Source: Gammaproteobacteria bacterium | Lineage (GTDB): Bacteria > Pseudomonadota > Gammaproteobacteria > HyVt-429 | NCBI GenBank assembly: GCA_013152415.1 | Contig: JAADGI010000018.1 | Location: 13,046-77,045 of the forward strand | Length of the DNA stretch: 64,000 bases | Direction of reading: 5' to 3' | Shown: positions 39,798 to 49,595 of the stretch, piece after piece | Position numbering within the stretch: position 1 is the first letter of the stretch | Layout of the letters: the number at the start of each line of letters is the position of its first letter | Position numbers and translations under genes: made by a program | Notes under the pieces: generated by a model | Databases searched by the model: none | What the model saw: the letters and a program-made list of their open reading frames with translations, nothing else | What the model was told of the DNA's origin: nothing

Positions 39798-39946
39798 ATC
39801 CTTCGCCCCGTCCACACAAAAACCCTTTCTTGGTGCTGGGTACCGGCCCGTAGGTCAACTGCCTGCCTCCCTGGCGTTGGTCATGGAAGCAAAAGGCACT
39901 ACACTCAAAGGCTCCACTGCCGGAACTGGATTCGAGGGACGATGTT

Positions 39947-42900
39947 ATGGATCACGACCCCCTAAGGCGCGTTCTTTTTGTACTGTGGTTGTTGGTGCCA
40001 ACCACACTCTACGCCGCCCCCCTGAAACCCGACCGGGTCCCCGAACCCCTCAAACCCTGGGTCGAATGGGCCCTCCACGGTGAAGAACAAAAGACCTGTC
40101 CCTTCACCTACAACAACGAAAAACAACACTATTGCGCCTGGCCCAGCGAACTGCAACTGGAGCTGGATACACGTCAGGGCCAATTTGAACAACGCTGGCA
40201 AGTGCATAGTGAATCCTGGGCGGCACTGCCGGGCAGCCCCAAACACTGGCCCCAGTCGGTGAAGGTCGATGGCCAACCGGCGGTGGTACTCAACCGTGGC
40301 GGTCGACCCACCCTCAAACTGGCAGCCGGCACACATACCGTTGAGGGCAGGTTCACCTGGGACCGCCTCCCCGAATCCCTGTCCATCCCCAGGACCACGG
40401 GTCTGGTGGGTCTCAAGATCAAAAATCGCACAGTCCCTTTCCCAAATTTGGACACAGGGGGTCGCCTGTGGCTGCGGGAGCGGGATACCGACGCTAACAA
40501 AACCAAGCTAGGGGACCGCGTAGAGGTACAAGTCTATCGACGTATTGGGGACTCGATCCCCATGCAGATCACCACCCGCCTGGACCTCACCGTCTCCGGC
40601 ACCCAGCGGGAGATCGTGTTGGGTCCGGTCCTGCTCACTGAGGCCATTCCCCTGAAACTGAAAAGCACCCTGCCCGTGCGCCTGGAGGCAGACGGTCGCC
40701 TGCGTATACAAGTGCGTCCGGGGCGCTGGCAGATCGACTTGGTGGTGCGGTTCCCCGACCCACGCACCCAGTTGTCGGCCCCCGAGACGGGACCGCCCTG
40801 GCCTAAAGACGAGGTCTGGGTACTCGATGCCCGTAACGCGTTGCGCCTGGTGGAGGTCCAGGGGGTCACTCCTATAGACCCCCGCCAGACCAACCTGCCC
40901 AAGGACTGGAAAGACCTTCCCGCCTATCGCATGGGCAAAGGGGAGGTGTTCTCCCTCAAGATATTGCGTCGCGGTGACCCGTCCCCGGAACCCAATGCCC
41001 TCAAATTGCAGCGTACCCTGTGGCTGGATTTTGACGGCGGCGGTTACACCATCAAGGACAATATCAGTGGCCGCATGACCCAGGGTTGGCGCTTGGCCAT
41101 GTCAAACCCCACCCACCTGGGCCGTGTCACCGTCGACGGCAAACCCCAATTCATCACCCGGCTACAAGGTGAGGCCGAGGACGGCATAGAGGTTCGCCGG
41201 GGCGCCATCAGGCTGGAAGCCGACAGCCGCCTGGATAAAGCTGATCGTCGCCTACCGGTAGTGGGCTGGAACCAGGATTTTCAATCTGTCAGCGGCGAAC
41301 TCAACCTGCCCCCAGGCTGGCGCCTGCTCGCTGCCAACGGTGTGGACAAGGTCCCCGGCACTTGGCTGCAACGCTGGACCCTGCTCGACCTGTTCCTGGT
41401 GTTGATCGCCGCCGTCACCACCCTGCGCCTGTGGGACTGGCGAGGTGGGCTGCTGGCCCTGGTCACCCTGGGCCTGGTCTGGCACGAACCGGGGGCACCA
41501 CAAAATGTCTGGCTCAACATCCTCGCCGCCATCGCGCTGCTGCGGGTGCTGCCCGCCAATCGTTTGCGCACTGCGGTGACGTGGTATCGCAACGCCAGCC
41601 TCCTGGCCCTGGTGTTGATCGCCATCCCCTTCATGATCGATCAGGTACGCACCGGCCTGTACCCGCAACTGGAACGGCCCGGGCAACTTCGGCTCCTCGA
41701 CACACGCACGGATGACCGCCTTGAGATCACAGAACTCGCCGCACCCTTGGTGCAAAAACAGTTACTTGGTGCAATGAAGGCACAGACGGCCAAGCCAAAA
41801 CCCGCCTACAAGGATAAACACACTCGCAAGTTGCGATCAAAAATGCTCTATTCCCCGCAACAACAGGCCATTGACATCAATCAGCAAATCGACCCCAAGG
41901 CCCATATCCAAACCGGACCGGGCATCCCCAACTGGCGTTGGACCCGCATCCCCCTGAGTTGGAGTGGGCCGGTCAAAAAAGATCAAACCATGTCCCTGGT
42001 ATTGCTGTCCCCAGCATCCAATATGATCTTACAGTTTATTCAAATCCTGTTGCTGTTGGCCCTGGCCCTGTTCTTATCAGGGGTGATGCGAATCACAAAC
42101 AAAGGTATCCGCCTGGGCGCCCCCGTTCTGATGGCCGCATTGCTGGCAGGCAACCTGTTGGCACTGACACCCTCACCGGCACAGGCCGACATACCCACAC
42201 CAGAAATATTGAAGACTCTTAAGGAACGTTTGTTGGCACCCCCCGAGTGCCTGCCTCAATGCGCCCAGATTCCACGGCTGCAGTTGCAGCTGTCGCCCCA
42301 CACCTTGAGCGCCCGCATGGAGATACACACCCAGGAGGCCGTGGCGGTACCCCTGCCCGGTCACGCCAAACATTGGTTGCCCACTGAGGTCTTGGTCGAC
42401 GGCAAAATGGCCCAGGGCCTGTTCCGTAAAAATGGTGGGCTGTGGCTACAGCTTGCCCCCGGCAGACACCAAATCCTCATGGCCGGGCCTCTGCCCCAAC
42501 GCAACAATCTGGAATTGCCCCTGCCCCTGCGGCCCCATCATGTGCGCATCACCACCAAGGGGTGGTCCGTGGACGGCGTCCATGAAAACGGGCTTGTCGA
42601 TCAACAACTGCAACTTACCCGCAGTCGCGGCAGCGCCCCCCGCTTGCAGACACTTCAGTCCGACACCCTGCCACCCTTTGTCCGCGTGGTACGCACCCTG
42701 CACCTGGGACTCGACTGGCGGCTCGAGACCCGCGTGGTACGTGCCTCACCCAAGGGTGCGGCAATCTTGCTGGAAGTCCCCCTGCTCGGCAAAGAATCGG
42801 TGACCACCGATGGGGTGCGCATCAAGGATGGCAAAGTCCTGGTCAACATGTCCGCCGGTCAAACACGGATGGTCTGGCATTCAACCCTGGAGAAACAGGA

Positions 42901-44047
42901 CAGTCTCACCCTCACCGCCGCAGACACCTCCCGGTGGGTGGAGCAATGGCGTCTCGATGTGAGTCCCATCTGGCATCCCACCTTCTCCGGCATCCCGGTG
43001 GTACACCACCAAAACCGGGGCCAATGGTTACCCACCTGGCAACCCTGGCCCGGCGAATCCATCACCCTGAAAATACACCGCCCACAAGGCGTGGACGGAC
43101 GGACCCTTACTATTGATAGCAGTCAACTCAGTGTAGAACCCGGTCTACGGGCCACGGACCTGACTCTGAATTTCTCACTGCGCAGCAGTCAGGGCGGACA
43201 ACACACAATTACGATTCCCGAGGGGACACAATTACAATCGGTGACCATCAACAGCCGCCCCCAACCCATACGCCAGGACGGCAACAAGATCACCTTGCCC
43301 GTTGTCCCCGGCAGCCAGCGTGTCGTGCTTAAACTACGCAGCGACCAGGGCATCAAGACCGGGTTGACCACCCCGGCCATCCACCTGGGTGCGGCCAGCG
43401 TGAACCATCGACTGCACCTGACCCTGCCCCGGGATCGCTGGGTCTTGTTTGTAGGCGGACCAGACCTGGGACCGGCGGTGTTATTTTGGGGGGTACTCAT
43501 CGTGTTGGTCCTGTTGGCCTGGGGACTTGGCCGGATACCGTTGACGCCCCTGAAACATTGGCACTGGTTATTGTTGTTGATCGGCCTGAGCCAAGTCCCA
43601 GTATGGACGGGAGCCACCGTCGTGGCCTGGTTACTGGTACTGGGGATGCGGGCACGACTGGACGCAAACATCGGTCAACAACGTTTTGATCTCATGCAGA
43701 TCACCATTGTCCTACTGACCGTGCTCGCACTGTTGTTGTTATTCAACGCCGTGAAACAGGGCTTGCTGGGTACACCGGACATGCAGATTGCCGGTAACGG
43801 CTCCCACGCCTTCCGCCTCAACTGGTACCAGGACCGCAGCGGTGAAACCCTGCCCACCGCTTGGGTCGCATCGGTGCCGCTGTTTATCTACCGGTTTCTT
43901 ATGCTGGCCTGGGCACTATGGTTGGCCTTCGCCCTGCTACGCTGGTTGCGTTGGGGCTGGGAGTGCTTTGCCACCAATGGGCTGTGGCGTAAAGTGGCGG
44001 AAAAGAAAACGACAAAGAAAACAAAAAAGGGCGTCAAGAAAAAGTGA
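39947..44047 (+). CDS. Large hypothetical integral membrane protein (1366 aa) made of two homologous halves
   Basis: Long ORF with host-like composition, a signal peptide, and two beta-rich extracytoplasmic modules each followed by a TM bundle. Confidence 0.85.
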   Translation: MDHDPLRRVLFVLWLLVPTTLYAAPLKPDRVPEPLKPWVEWALHGEEQKTCPFTYNNEKQHYCAWPSELQLELDTRQGQFEQRWQVHSESWAALPGSPKHWPQSVKVDGQPAVVLNRGGRPTLKLAAGTHTVEGRFTWDRLPESLSIPRTTGLVGLKIKNRTVPFPNLDTGGRLWLRERDTDANKTKLGDRVEVQVYRRIGDSIPMQITTRLDLTVSGTQREIVLGPVLLTEAIPLKLKSTLPVRLEADGRLRIQVRPGRWQIDLVVRFPDPRTQLSAPETGPPWPKDEVWVLDARNALRLVEVQGVTPIDPRQTNLPKDWKDLPAYRMGKGEVFSLKILRRGDPSPEPNALKLQRTLWLDFDGGGYTIKDNISGRMTQGWRLAMSNPTHLGRVTVDGKPQFITRLQGEAEDGIEVRRGAIRLEADSRLDKADRRLPVVGWNQDFQSVSGELNLPPGWRLLAANGVDKVPGTWLQRWTLLDLFLVLIAAVTTLRLWDWRGGLLALVTLGLVWHEPGAPQNVWLNILAAIALLRVLPANRLRTAVTWYRNASLLALVLIAIPFMIDQVRTGLYPQLERPGQLRLLDTRTDDRLEITELAAPLVQKQLLGAMKAQTAKPKPAYKDKHTRKLRSKMLYSPQQQAIDINQQIDPKAHIQTGPGIPNWRWTRIPLSWSGPVKKDQTMSLVLLSPASNMILQFIQILLLLALALFLSGVMRITNKGIRLGAPVLMAALLAGNLLALTPSPAQADIPTPEILKTLKERLLAPPECLPQCAQIPRLQLQLSPHTLSARMEIHTQEAVAVPLPGHAKHWLPTEVLVDGKMAQGLFRKNGGLWLQLAPGRHQILMAGPLPQRNNLELPLPLRPHHVRITTKGWSVDGVHENGLVDQQLQLTRSRGSAPRLQTLQSDTLPPFVRVVRTLHLGLDWRLETRVVRASPKGAAILLEVPLLGKESVTTDGVRIKDGKVLVNMSAGQTRMVWHSTLEKQDSLTLTAADTSRWVEQWRLDVSPIWHPTFSGIPVVHHQNRGQWLPTWQPWPGESITLKIHRPQGVDGRTLTIDSSQLSVEPGLRATDLTLNFSLRSSQGGQHTITIPEGTQLQSVTINSRPQPIRQDGNKITLPVVPGSQRVVLKLRSDQGIKTGLTTPAIHLGAASVNHRLHLTLPRDRWVLFVGGPDLGPAVLFWGVLIVLVLLAWGLGRIPLTPLKHWHWLLLLIGLSQVPVWTGATVVAWLLVLGMRARLDANIGQQRFDLMQITIVLLTVLALLLLFNAVKQGLLGTPDMQIAGNGSHAFRLNWYQDRSGETLPTAWVASVPLFIYRFLMLAWALWLAFALLRWLRWGWECFATNGLWRKVAEKKTTKKTKKGVKKK

Positions 44048-44051
44048 ATAT

Positions 44052-44203
44052 CCTCTCCCTCCAGGAGAGGGAATGAAGTCATTCTGGCAAAAGCCAGAAT
44101 CCAGTAATTATTTAATTCTTTGTCGCTGAGGCACAAAGAAAGACCCGTACTTCTTGGCTCTGGGATAAAACGCAAAGGTCGCGGAGGCGCCAAGGACGCA
44201 GAG
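44052..44203. repeat. Cluster of different short REP-like hairpins and repeats
   Basis: CCTCTCC-N5-GGAGAGG (44052-44070); GTC-ATTCTGGC-AAAA-GCCAGAAT-CCAG (44078-44104); degenerate CGCAAAGG/CGCGGAGG/CGCCAAGG/CGCAGAG run (44171-44203). Confidence 0.6.
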
Positions 44204-44344
44204 ATATAAAACAATCCAAACCGGACTATCCAAACATGGAAAGATACACCTCTATCTGGAACAATATATCCATAATATGGAAAGTGAATTTAATAACACT
44301 ATTATCTGTATAAATAAAATCGCGCCACGTATATGAATTAGAGA

Positions 44345-45211
44345 ATGGAAGAAATACATAACATAATAAAAAAATACAATAAAGGTCATGTTGATGATAG
44401 CCTGAATTCCTTAGAGGATATCAAAGCCTTTTCGCTGGTGTTTTTTAAAGATGTTTCAGAAGTATATGATTGCATAACGAGATTAAAAAACACAAAAAGG
44501 AACCCCACTGGGTATTCATTAGATGATGCGCCTATAATTGCGTTATTAGTTAAAATATGGAAACTTCTTAAAGAAATAATTGTGTATTATGAAAAAGACA
44601 ATGCTGAAATAATTAGTTTATTTGAACGCCCGCTAATCGAATCTTCAGTGACGGCTAGTTATTTATTAAAATCAAACAGCCAAGCAATAGAAGACTATAG
44701 AAAAATATCTTACAAAGATCGCTTGAGGATATTACGAGAACTAAAAGAAGGATCTGCTTTCTACGAGACAAAAGCCGGAAAAAGATTATTGAAATCTGTT
44801 CAAGAAAAAATGAATTTTGAAAAGTTGACAATTGATGACTTTCAAGAACAAAAACGAAATAGATGGCGGTTACAAAACAAGTCTTTTTTCGATATTTTCA
44901 AGGAGATTGAAGGGAAAGATCTTTACGCTTGTACATACGGCATGATGTCTGAAGCTGTACATTGCTCTTGGAATGACTCTTTAGATTGGTGTCTAAGTAA
45001 AAACGATGATGATACTTTTGATGTTTATCCTTTCTACCAAACCGCTGACATTCGTCACATATCGCCAACTTTAGTATTTTGCAATCGACCATATAAACTT
45101 TGGCTGCAACACATAGATATAACAGATACATATATAAATGATGTGTTGCAGTGGATTGAAAATATAAACTCTATGATATATGTTGCCTTCGATGAATTAT
45201 ATGATGAGTAA
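44345..45211 (+). CDS. DUF5677-like protein, very AT-rich and probably acquired horizontally
   Basis: ERPLIESSV.ASYL and YGMMSEAVHCSW patterns. Two sampled 60-nt lines had 15 and 19 G+C. Confidence 0.7.
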   Translation: MEEIHNIIKKYNKGHVDDSLNSLEDIKAFSLVFFKDVSEVYDCITRLKNTKRNPTGYSLDDAPIIALLVKIWKLLKEIIVYYEKDNAEIISLFERPLIESSVTASYLLKSNSQAIEDYRKISYKDRLRILRELKEGSAFYETKAGKRLLKSVQEKMNFEKLTIDDFQEQKRNRWRLQNKSFFDIFKEIEGKDLYACTYGMMSEAVHCSWNDSLDWCLSKNDDDTFDVYPFYQTADIRHISPTLVFCNRPYKLWLQHIDITDTYINDVLQWIENINSMIYVAFDELYDE

Positions 45212-45482
45212 AAATACGGCTAACAAACTCAAGAGGACAAAGAAGAAAGGGGGCAGATCACTTGCTTCATAACACATGCACCTTGCTCAGGCCGCCACAC
45301 ATTGAATACAAAAATCAGACACCTGGGACACGCATAAATTACTTGGCCTCACTAAATTAGTGAGGAAATTTTAACGGTACGTTTTGCATATCGCCATAAC
45401 GTGATCCGAAAAACAATCGAGGTCAGACACCGTAGAATAGCCATAAAGTCCTTGAAGAAAATATTTTAGGTAAAAACGAGAG

Positions 45483-46130
45483 ATGCTTAGCTACTGTGAA
45501 GTCATAAAATTTTATGACGCGTTCGGCAAGAGACAGGACAAACAATTCTACGAGAAAGCGGCAATTAACGATCTGATTGAACAGGGTCAATTTGACGAGG
45601 CAAAAAATATAATAGAATTTGGTTGTGGCACCGGGAAGCTGGCATCTCGTTTATTGGCCTGTATCACGCCTGACAGTTGCCATTATTTAGGGGTCGATAT
45701 CAGCCAAACCATGGTCTCTCTTTGCCGAAAAAATATTGGGTCCTTTTCAGAACGTGCAACATGCTATAAAACTGAAGGGGAATCGAGAATAGATGCCCCA
45801 GATCAAACTGCCGACCGATTTATTTCCACCTATGTGCTCGACTTGCTGACCGAAGAAGACGCCATAAGCCTGCTAAACGAGGCACATCGAGTACTCCTGC
45901 CAGGGGGGTATTTGTGCCTCGCCAGTTTAACCCATGGCATTTCGTTCGTTTCACGTATTGTAGAGATTTTATGGCGCAGGCTGTACCAATTAAAACCCTT
46001 TATTGTAGGCGGCTGCCGCCCAATAAATTTAAAAAAATACCTGCAAAATGATCAATGGCATGTTGTTCATGACCCGGTCATTGTGTCTTACGGTGTTCCA
46101 TCGGAAGTGGTAATCGCAAAAAGGCTATAA
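45483..46130 (+). CDS. Class I SAM-dependent methyltransferase
   Basis: IIEFGCGTG, GVDISQTM, DRFISTYVLDLL, HRVLLPGG. Confidence 0.9.
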   Translation: MLSYCEVIKFYDAFGKRQDKQFYEKAAINDLIEQGQFDEAKNIIEFGCGTGKLASRLLACITPDSCHYLGVDISQTMVSLCRKNIGSFSERATCYKTEGESRIDAPDQTADRFISTYVLDLLTEEDAISLLNEAHRVLLPGGYLCLASLTHGISFVSRIVEILWRRLYQLKPFIVGGCRPINLKKYLQNDQWHVVHDPVIVSYGVPSEVVIAKRL

Positions 46131-46275
46131 ACCGTAGAATCGGGGGCAATTCACTTGAAATGGGATAAATCCGTGGGTTAAGGTGTGCCACGCATACCTG
46201 ACCCTTGGGCTGGTCCTTGGGGGTTTAATACCGTCACCCACAGCAAACAAACCTTCTAACCGGAGATCCTGTTAC

Positions 46276-46689
46276 ATGAATCATAGATGGCTATGGCTGC
46301 TTTTAGCAATTTTTAGTGGAAATGCACAATCGTTTCAACCATCAATAGAAATTATTGAACAATTTGATGATGTTAAGCTGGTTGCATTTATAAATGAAAC
46401 CGATATTGAAAATTATCCCCTGTGGCACCCATTAACAGAAGCGCCGCCTTTGTCCGTAAGCAAGGCAATTCAAGCCATCAAAGATCTGTACAAGACAAAC
46501 CGTGATCAGTTGCTTCCAAAGTCGGTCAAGGAAATAGAACTAAGAGAGCTGTCACGGCATGAATATTACTGGCACTATCTGGTTAAGGTAAAGACCAATG
46601 ACGACAAAAAACCTAAATATCAAATTTACGTGGTTTTAATGAACGGAAAAGTAATCCCTGCATTGATTGAATCAGAGTCATACAAATAA
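46276..46689 (+). CDS. Exported hypothetical protein
   Basis: ATG after GGAG. Signal peptide ending AQS. P.W.P...PPLS...A and W.YLV...VVLMNGKVI. Confidence 0.7.
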   Translation: MNHRWLWLLLAIFSGNAQSFQPSIEIIEQFDDVKLVAFINETDIENYPLWHPLTEAPPLSVSKAIQAIKDLYKTNRDQLLPKSVKEIELRELSRHEYYWHYLVKVKTNDDKKPKYQIYVVLMNGKVIPALIESESYK

Positions 46690-47118
46690 CACGCAAGCTC
46701 ACAAAGACACCCCATAGCCACCCAAAATGATAACCCACACCTCGTACACTTGCGGGGAAATGAGCAGATTCTCTCAAATCCTGATGTTTTAACGAGGCAC
46801 TCTGGGTTTGTGTTCTGACCTCATACAATTTACCAAGTAAAAATGCAGTCTTGCCGCGTAGGATATATTTTTTTACCTTTCTCGTCGCATGATGTTGGGT
46901 TGTCTTACTTAGCTTGGTGAGACTTGGAATTGGGGACAGGAAATCTGTAAGTGTTATCCCAAAATGGAATAGGGCCTTGATCTTTTGCTTTAAAAAGACC
47001 AGTCGGGAATAGGCCAGGATATGAGCTCCTTGAAGAGCGATAGTGAAGCCCCCATATAGACTATACTAAACAGTGAACCCTGATCTTTTATCCACCACTA
47101 TTTCGTAATGGAGGACTT

Positions 47119-47394
47119 ATGAGAATCAACATTATGGCTCTATCTGTTACCGCCGCATTGTTTTGGGGTATAGCAATCTTTATCACTGCCTCCGCGAACC
47201 TGGTCTGGCCGGGTTACGGCAGTGCCTTCCTTGAGCTTGCGGCCTCCATATACCCAGGATTCAACCCTGGCACCGGCATGGGATCTGTCATTACAGGAAC
47301 ACTTTATGGATTAGTGGACGGGGCAATATGCGGTGCCATATTCGGCTGGCTCTACAATCTTCTGGCACGCAAGTTTCCGGGTACGGCCACCTAA
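47119..47394 (+). CDS. Small membrane protein
   Basis: GGAGG RBS. Hydrophobic. SIYPG...G...GTLYGLVDG.I.G..F.WLYN. Confidence 0.8.
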   Translation: MRINIMALSVTAALFWGIAIFITASANLVWPGYGSAFLELAASIYPGFNPGTGMGSVITGTLYGLVDGAICGAIFGWLYNLLARKFPGTAT

Positions 47395-47428
47395 CCCAAA
47401 CAAAAAGGGGAAGAATTTGAGCAAAAAG

Positions 47429-47464
47429 AAATGACTGTCCTTGTTTTGTCAGGGACAGTCATTT
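47429..47464. terminator. Candidate bidirectional terminator
   Basis: AAATGACTGTCC(TTG)...(CAG)GGACAGTCATTT between two convergent genes. Confidence 0.65.
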
Positions 47465-47618
47465 AGAAATACAAGCTGACAATCGCTTTGGCCAGTTTGT
47501 GACAAACATCCCCACCCTCTCCCCACAAAAATCCTTGGCGTGGGAAGGAGGGCTACGCCGGGTTTGGTGTTTATACTGAACCAGACCCACTCATTGTCTC
47601 AACTCTAAACAGCCCTTT

Positions 47619-48284
47619 TTAACTGTTGCTGTTTCCACCGTTGTCATTTTTATTGTCGTCTTCATTTTCGTTACCATTATCGTTCCCATGTCCCTCGGAA
47701 CCGTTGTCATTGCCACTATTGTCATTGGCACCATCATCATGATTGTCATTGCCATCATTATCGGAACCGTTGCCATTGCCACCATTGTCATCATGGGGTG
47801 CACTGGTGACACTGCCGACACTGGCCTGACCACTATTGGTGTTCAGGCTAACGTTGCTCATCGTCGTCGTAGCACTTGCCTGTGCGTTCACTGAAACTGA
47901 TGCTGTACCACCGGTCTGGGTTTGGAATGTGACAGTCTGCGCACCGGGGGTGGTGCTCATGGAAAAATTACCCGCATCGTCAGTTGTGGTAGAGGACCCG
48001 GATGAAGAGGTTACCGTAATACCCCCCACGCCACCGGTCTGCGCAAGTACCGGTGCAATCACCCAATCCAGCACCCGAACCAACGTATGCTGACGTATAA
48101 CAGGGGCCAACTCGGGTCCAAATACCTTATTCAAGGCGACTACGGTCACAACGTTACCATTAAGTATGGCAGAACCACTGCCGCCACCTGTACTGGTGCC
48201 ACCACCCCCGCAGCTTACCAGTACAATTGTTAATATCCCGATGATCAAATGACGAAAAGCTACAGGGCGGGTTTTTGGGGTCAT
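47619..48284 (-). CDS. Lipoprotein with a beta-rich domain and an Asn/Asp/Gly-rich C-terminal tail
   Basis: Lipobox LVSC followed by a Gly/Ser linker, TTTDDAGNF motif, low-complexity N/D/G tail. Confidence 0.7.
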   Translation of the reverse strand: MTPKTRPVAFRHLIIGILTIVLVSCGGGGTSTGGGSGSAILNGNVVTVVALNKVFGPELAPVIRQHTLVRVLDWVIAPVLAQTGGVGGITVTSSSGSSTTTDDAGNFSMSTTPGAQTVTFQTQTGGTASVSVNAQASATTTMSNVSLNTNSGQASVGSVTSAPHDDNGGNGNGSDNDGNDNHDDGANDNSGNDNGSEGHGNDNGNENEDDNKNDNGGNSNS

Positions 48285-48583
48285 GGCAAATTCCTCTTGG
48301 TCTAACGGTTAACTTCCTGCCGAACCGGACCCTCTCATTGGGCAATAAATCAGGATATTGACCTATTCTAGAGTCACCACGCCAAACACGGGCAACTGCT
48401 CAATGATAAAGGCAGGCGCTTACGGCATAAGTGTAGGCACTGATCTCAGTTATTTCATGGGGCATCCGTACTATACGGTACCATTCTGGTACATATGTCC
48501 GATCAGGCCCCCTTTGAAATGGTGTACCTGCAGACAGAACCCATGGCCCTGGTATCAAAAAAAAGAGGGGAGGCGTGCCGGAC

Positions 48584-49522
48584 CTAGTCTTTATCCTGAA
48601 CCAATTCCACCCGTCGGTTCAATGTGCGGCCTGCATCAGTCAGGTTTGTCGCAGCCGGTGCCAAATAACCCACGCCATCACTCTTAAGACGCGTCGCAGC
48701 GATCTTATAATCGGAAACCAGGGCGTTCATTACCGCCTTGGCACGGCGCTTCGAGAGGCTCATATTGTAGTCATAACCACCCACATAATCGGTATGGCCA
48801 ACAACGATGATCTTAAGGCTCGGCTGACTCTTAAGTAGTTTCGCAATTTCTCCCAAAGTAGGCTTTGAGTTGGGCTTGATGGTCGCGCTGTTGTAGTCAA
48901 AATATATACCGTACAAGGCAACACGACCGGTTTCCGCCATACTCATTTGCATTTTTTTGGCATCCACCATCTGCATTTCCATGGCCTTGGTTTCGGCGGC
49001 AATCAAACCAACCCGCATCCCGTTACCCCCACCGTGGGGGGCCACCAACACAGAGATATAATTCTTTGCCCCGGAAACATCTTTAGCCGCGACGAAATAA
49101 TGGAAGCCACTCCCCAGGGCCGCTTCTTTTACAATATCAACTGGGTGTTTATACTTAAACACATAATCATTGATTTTATCCGGGCCACCGGAAAAAATCA
49201 TTTCGTAGTTTGCCTCTTTGATACGTACTTCAAAATTACGAAACACCTCCAGAGCTGAGATACCCTTGGGCACACGATAGAAGATCCTTGTAATTTTACC
49301 CTCTACAGTTAATGCGGTCTTTTCGGCATCGCTGTCCTTTTTTACAGGCCCGGTGGCAAATACTGTCTTGCCATAATTCTCGACTTTATAGTCAACAATT
49401 TCAGAGCCCTTAAAACGGCCGATATTGGGGTAATCTTCACTACCTTGCACATCCGCTGCCAAAACCACGGCTTGCAGGGCGATTAGACTGATTCCTGCCA
49501 CAGTAGCAACTATATATTTCAT
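48584..49522 (-). CDS. OmpA-family peptidoglycan-binding protein (DUF4892-like N-terminus)
   Basis: ATG at 49522 after GAGGTG. Signal peptide. YGIYFD, VVGHTD, N..LS.RRA.AV, GR..NRRVEL. Confidence 0.9.
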   Translation of the reverse strand: MKYIVATVAGISLIALQAVVLAADVQGSEDYPNIGRFKGSEIVDYKVENYGKTVFATGPVKKDSDAEKTALTVEGKITRIFYRVPKGISALEVFRNFEVRIKEANYEMIFSGGPDKINDYVFKYKHPVDIVKEAALGSGFHYFVAAKDVSGAKNYISVLVAPHGGGNGMRVGLIAAETKAMEMQMVDAKKMQMSMAETGRVALYGIYFDYNSATIKPNSKPTLGEIAKLLKSQPSLKIIVVGHTDYVGGYDYNMSLSKRRAKAVMNALVSDYKIAATRLKSDGVGYLAPAATNLTDAGRTLNRRVELVQDKD

Positions 49523-49595
49523 CTTTGTCACCTCGTATGGATACCCAATATCCGTTGGATAAGCCCTGACCCCAGCTTTTATGAATGAACTGAAG

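Noticed and set aside
44345-47394. Integron cassette array
   Set aside because: No intI is present and I could not fold any complete attC with paired R''/R' boxes. Only an isolated GGCTAAC remains.
47119-47394. Phage holin indicating a prophage
   Set aside because: The small TM protein resembles sequences sometimes labelled holins, but no endolysin or other phage genes are nearby.
47591-47833. Met/Thr-rich 80-aa ORF
   Set aside because: It is an alternative frame of the lipoprotein's Asn/Asp codon repeats.
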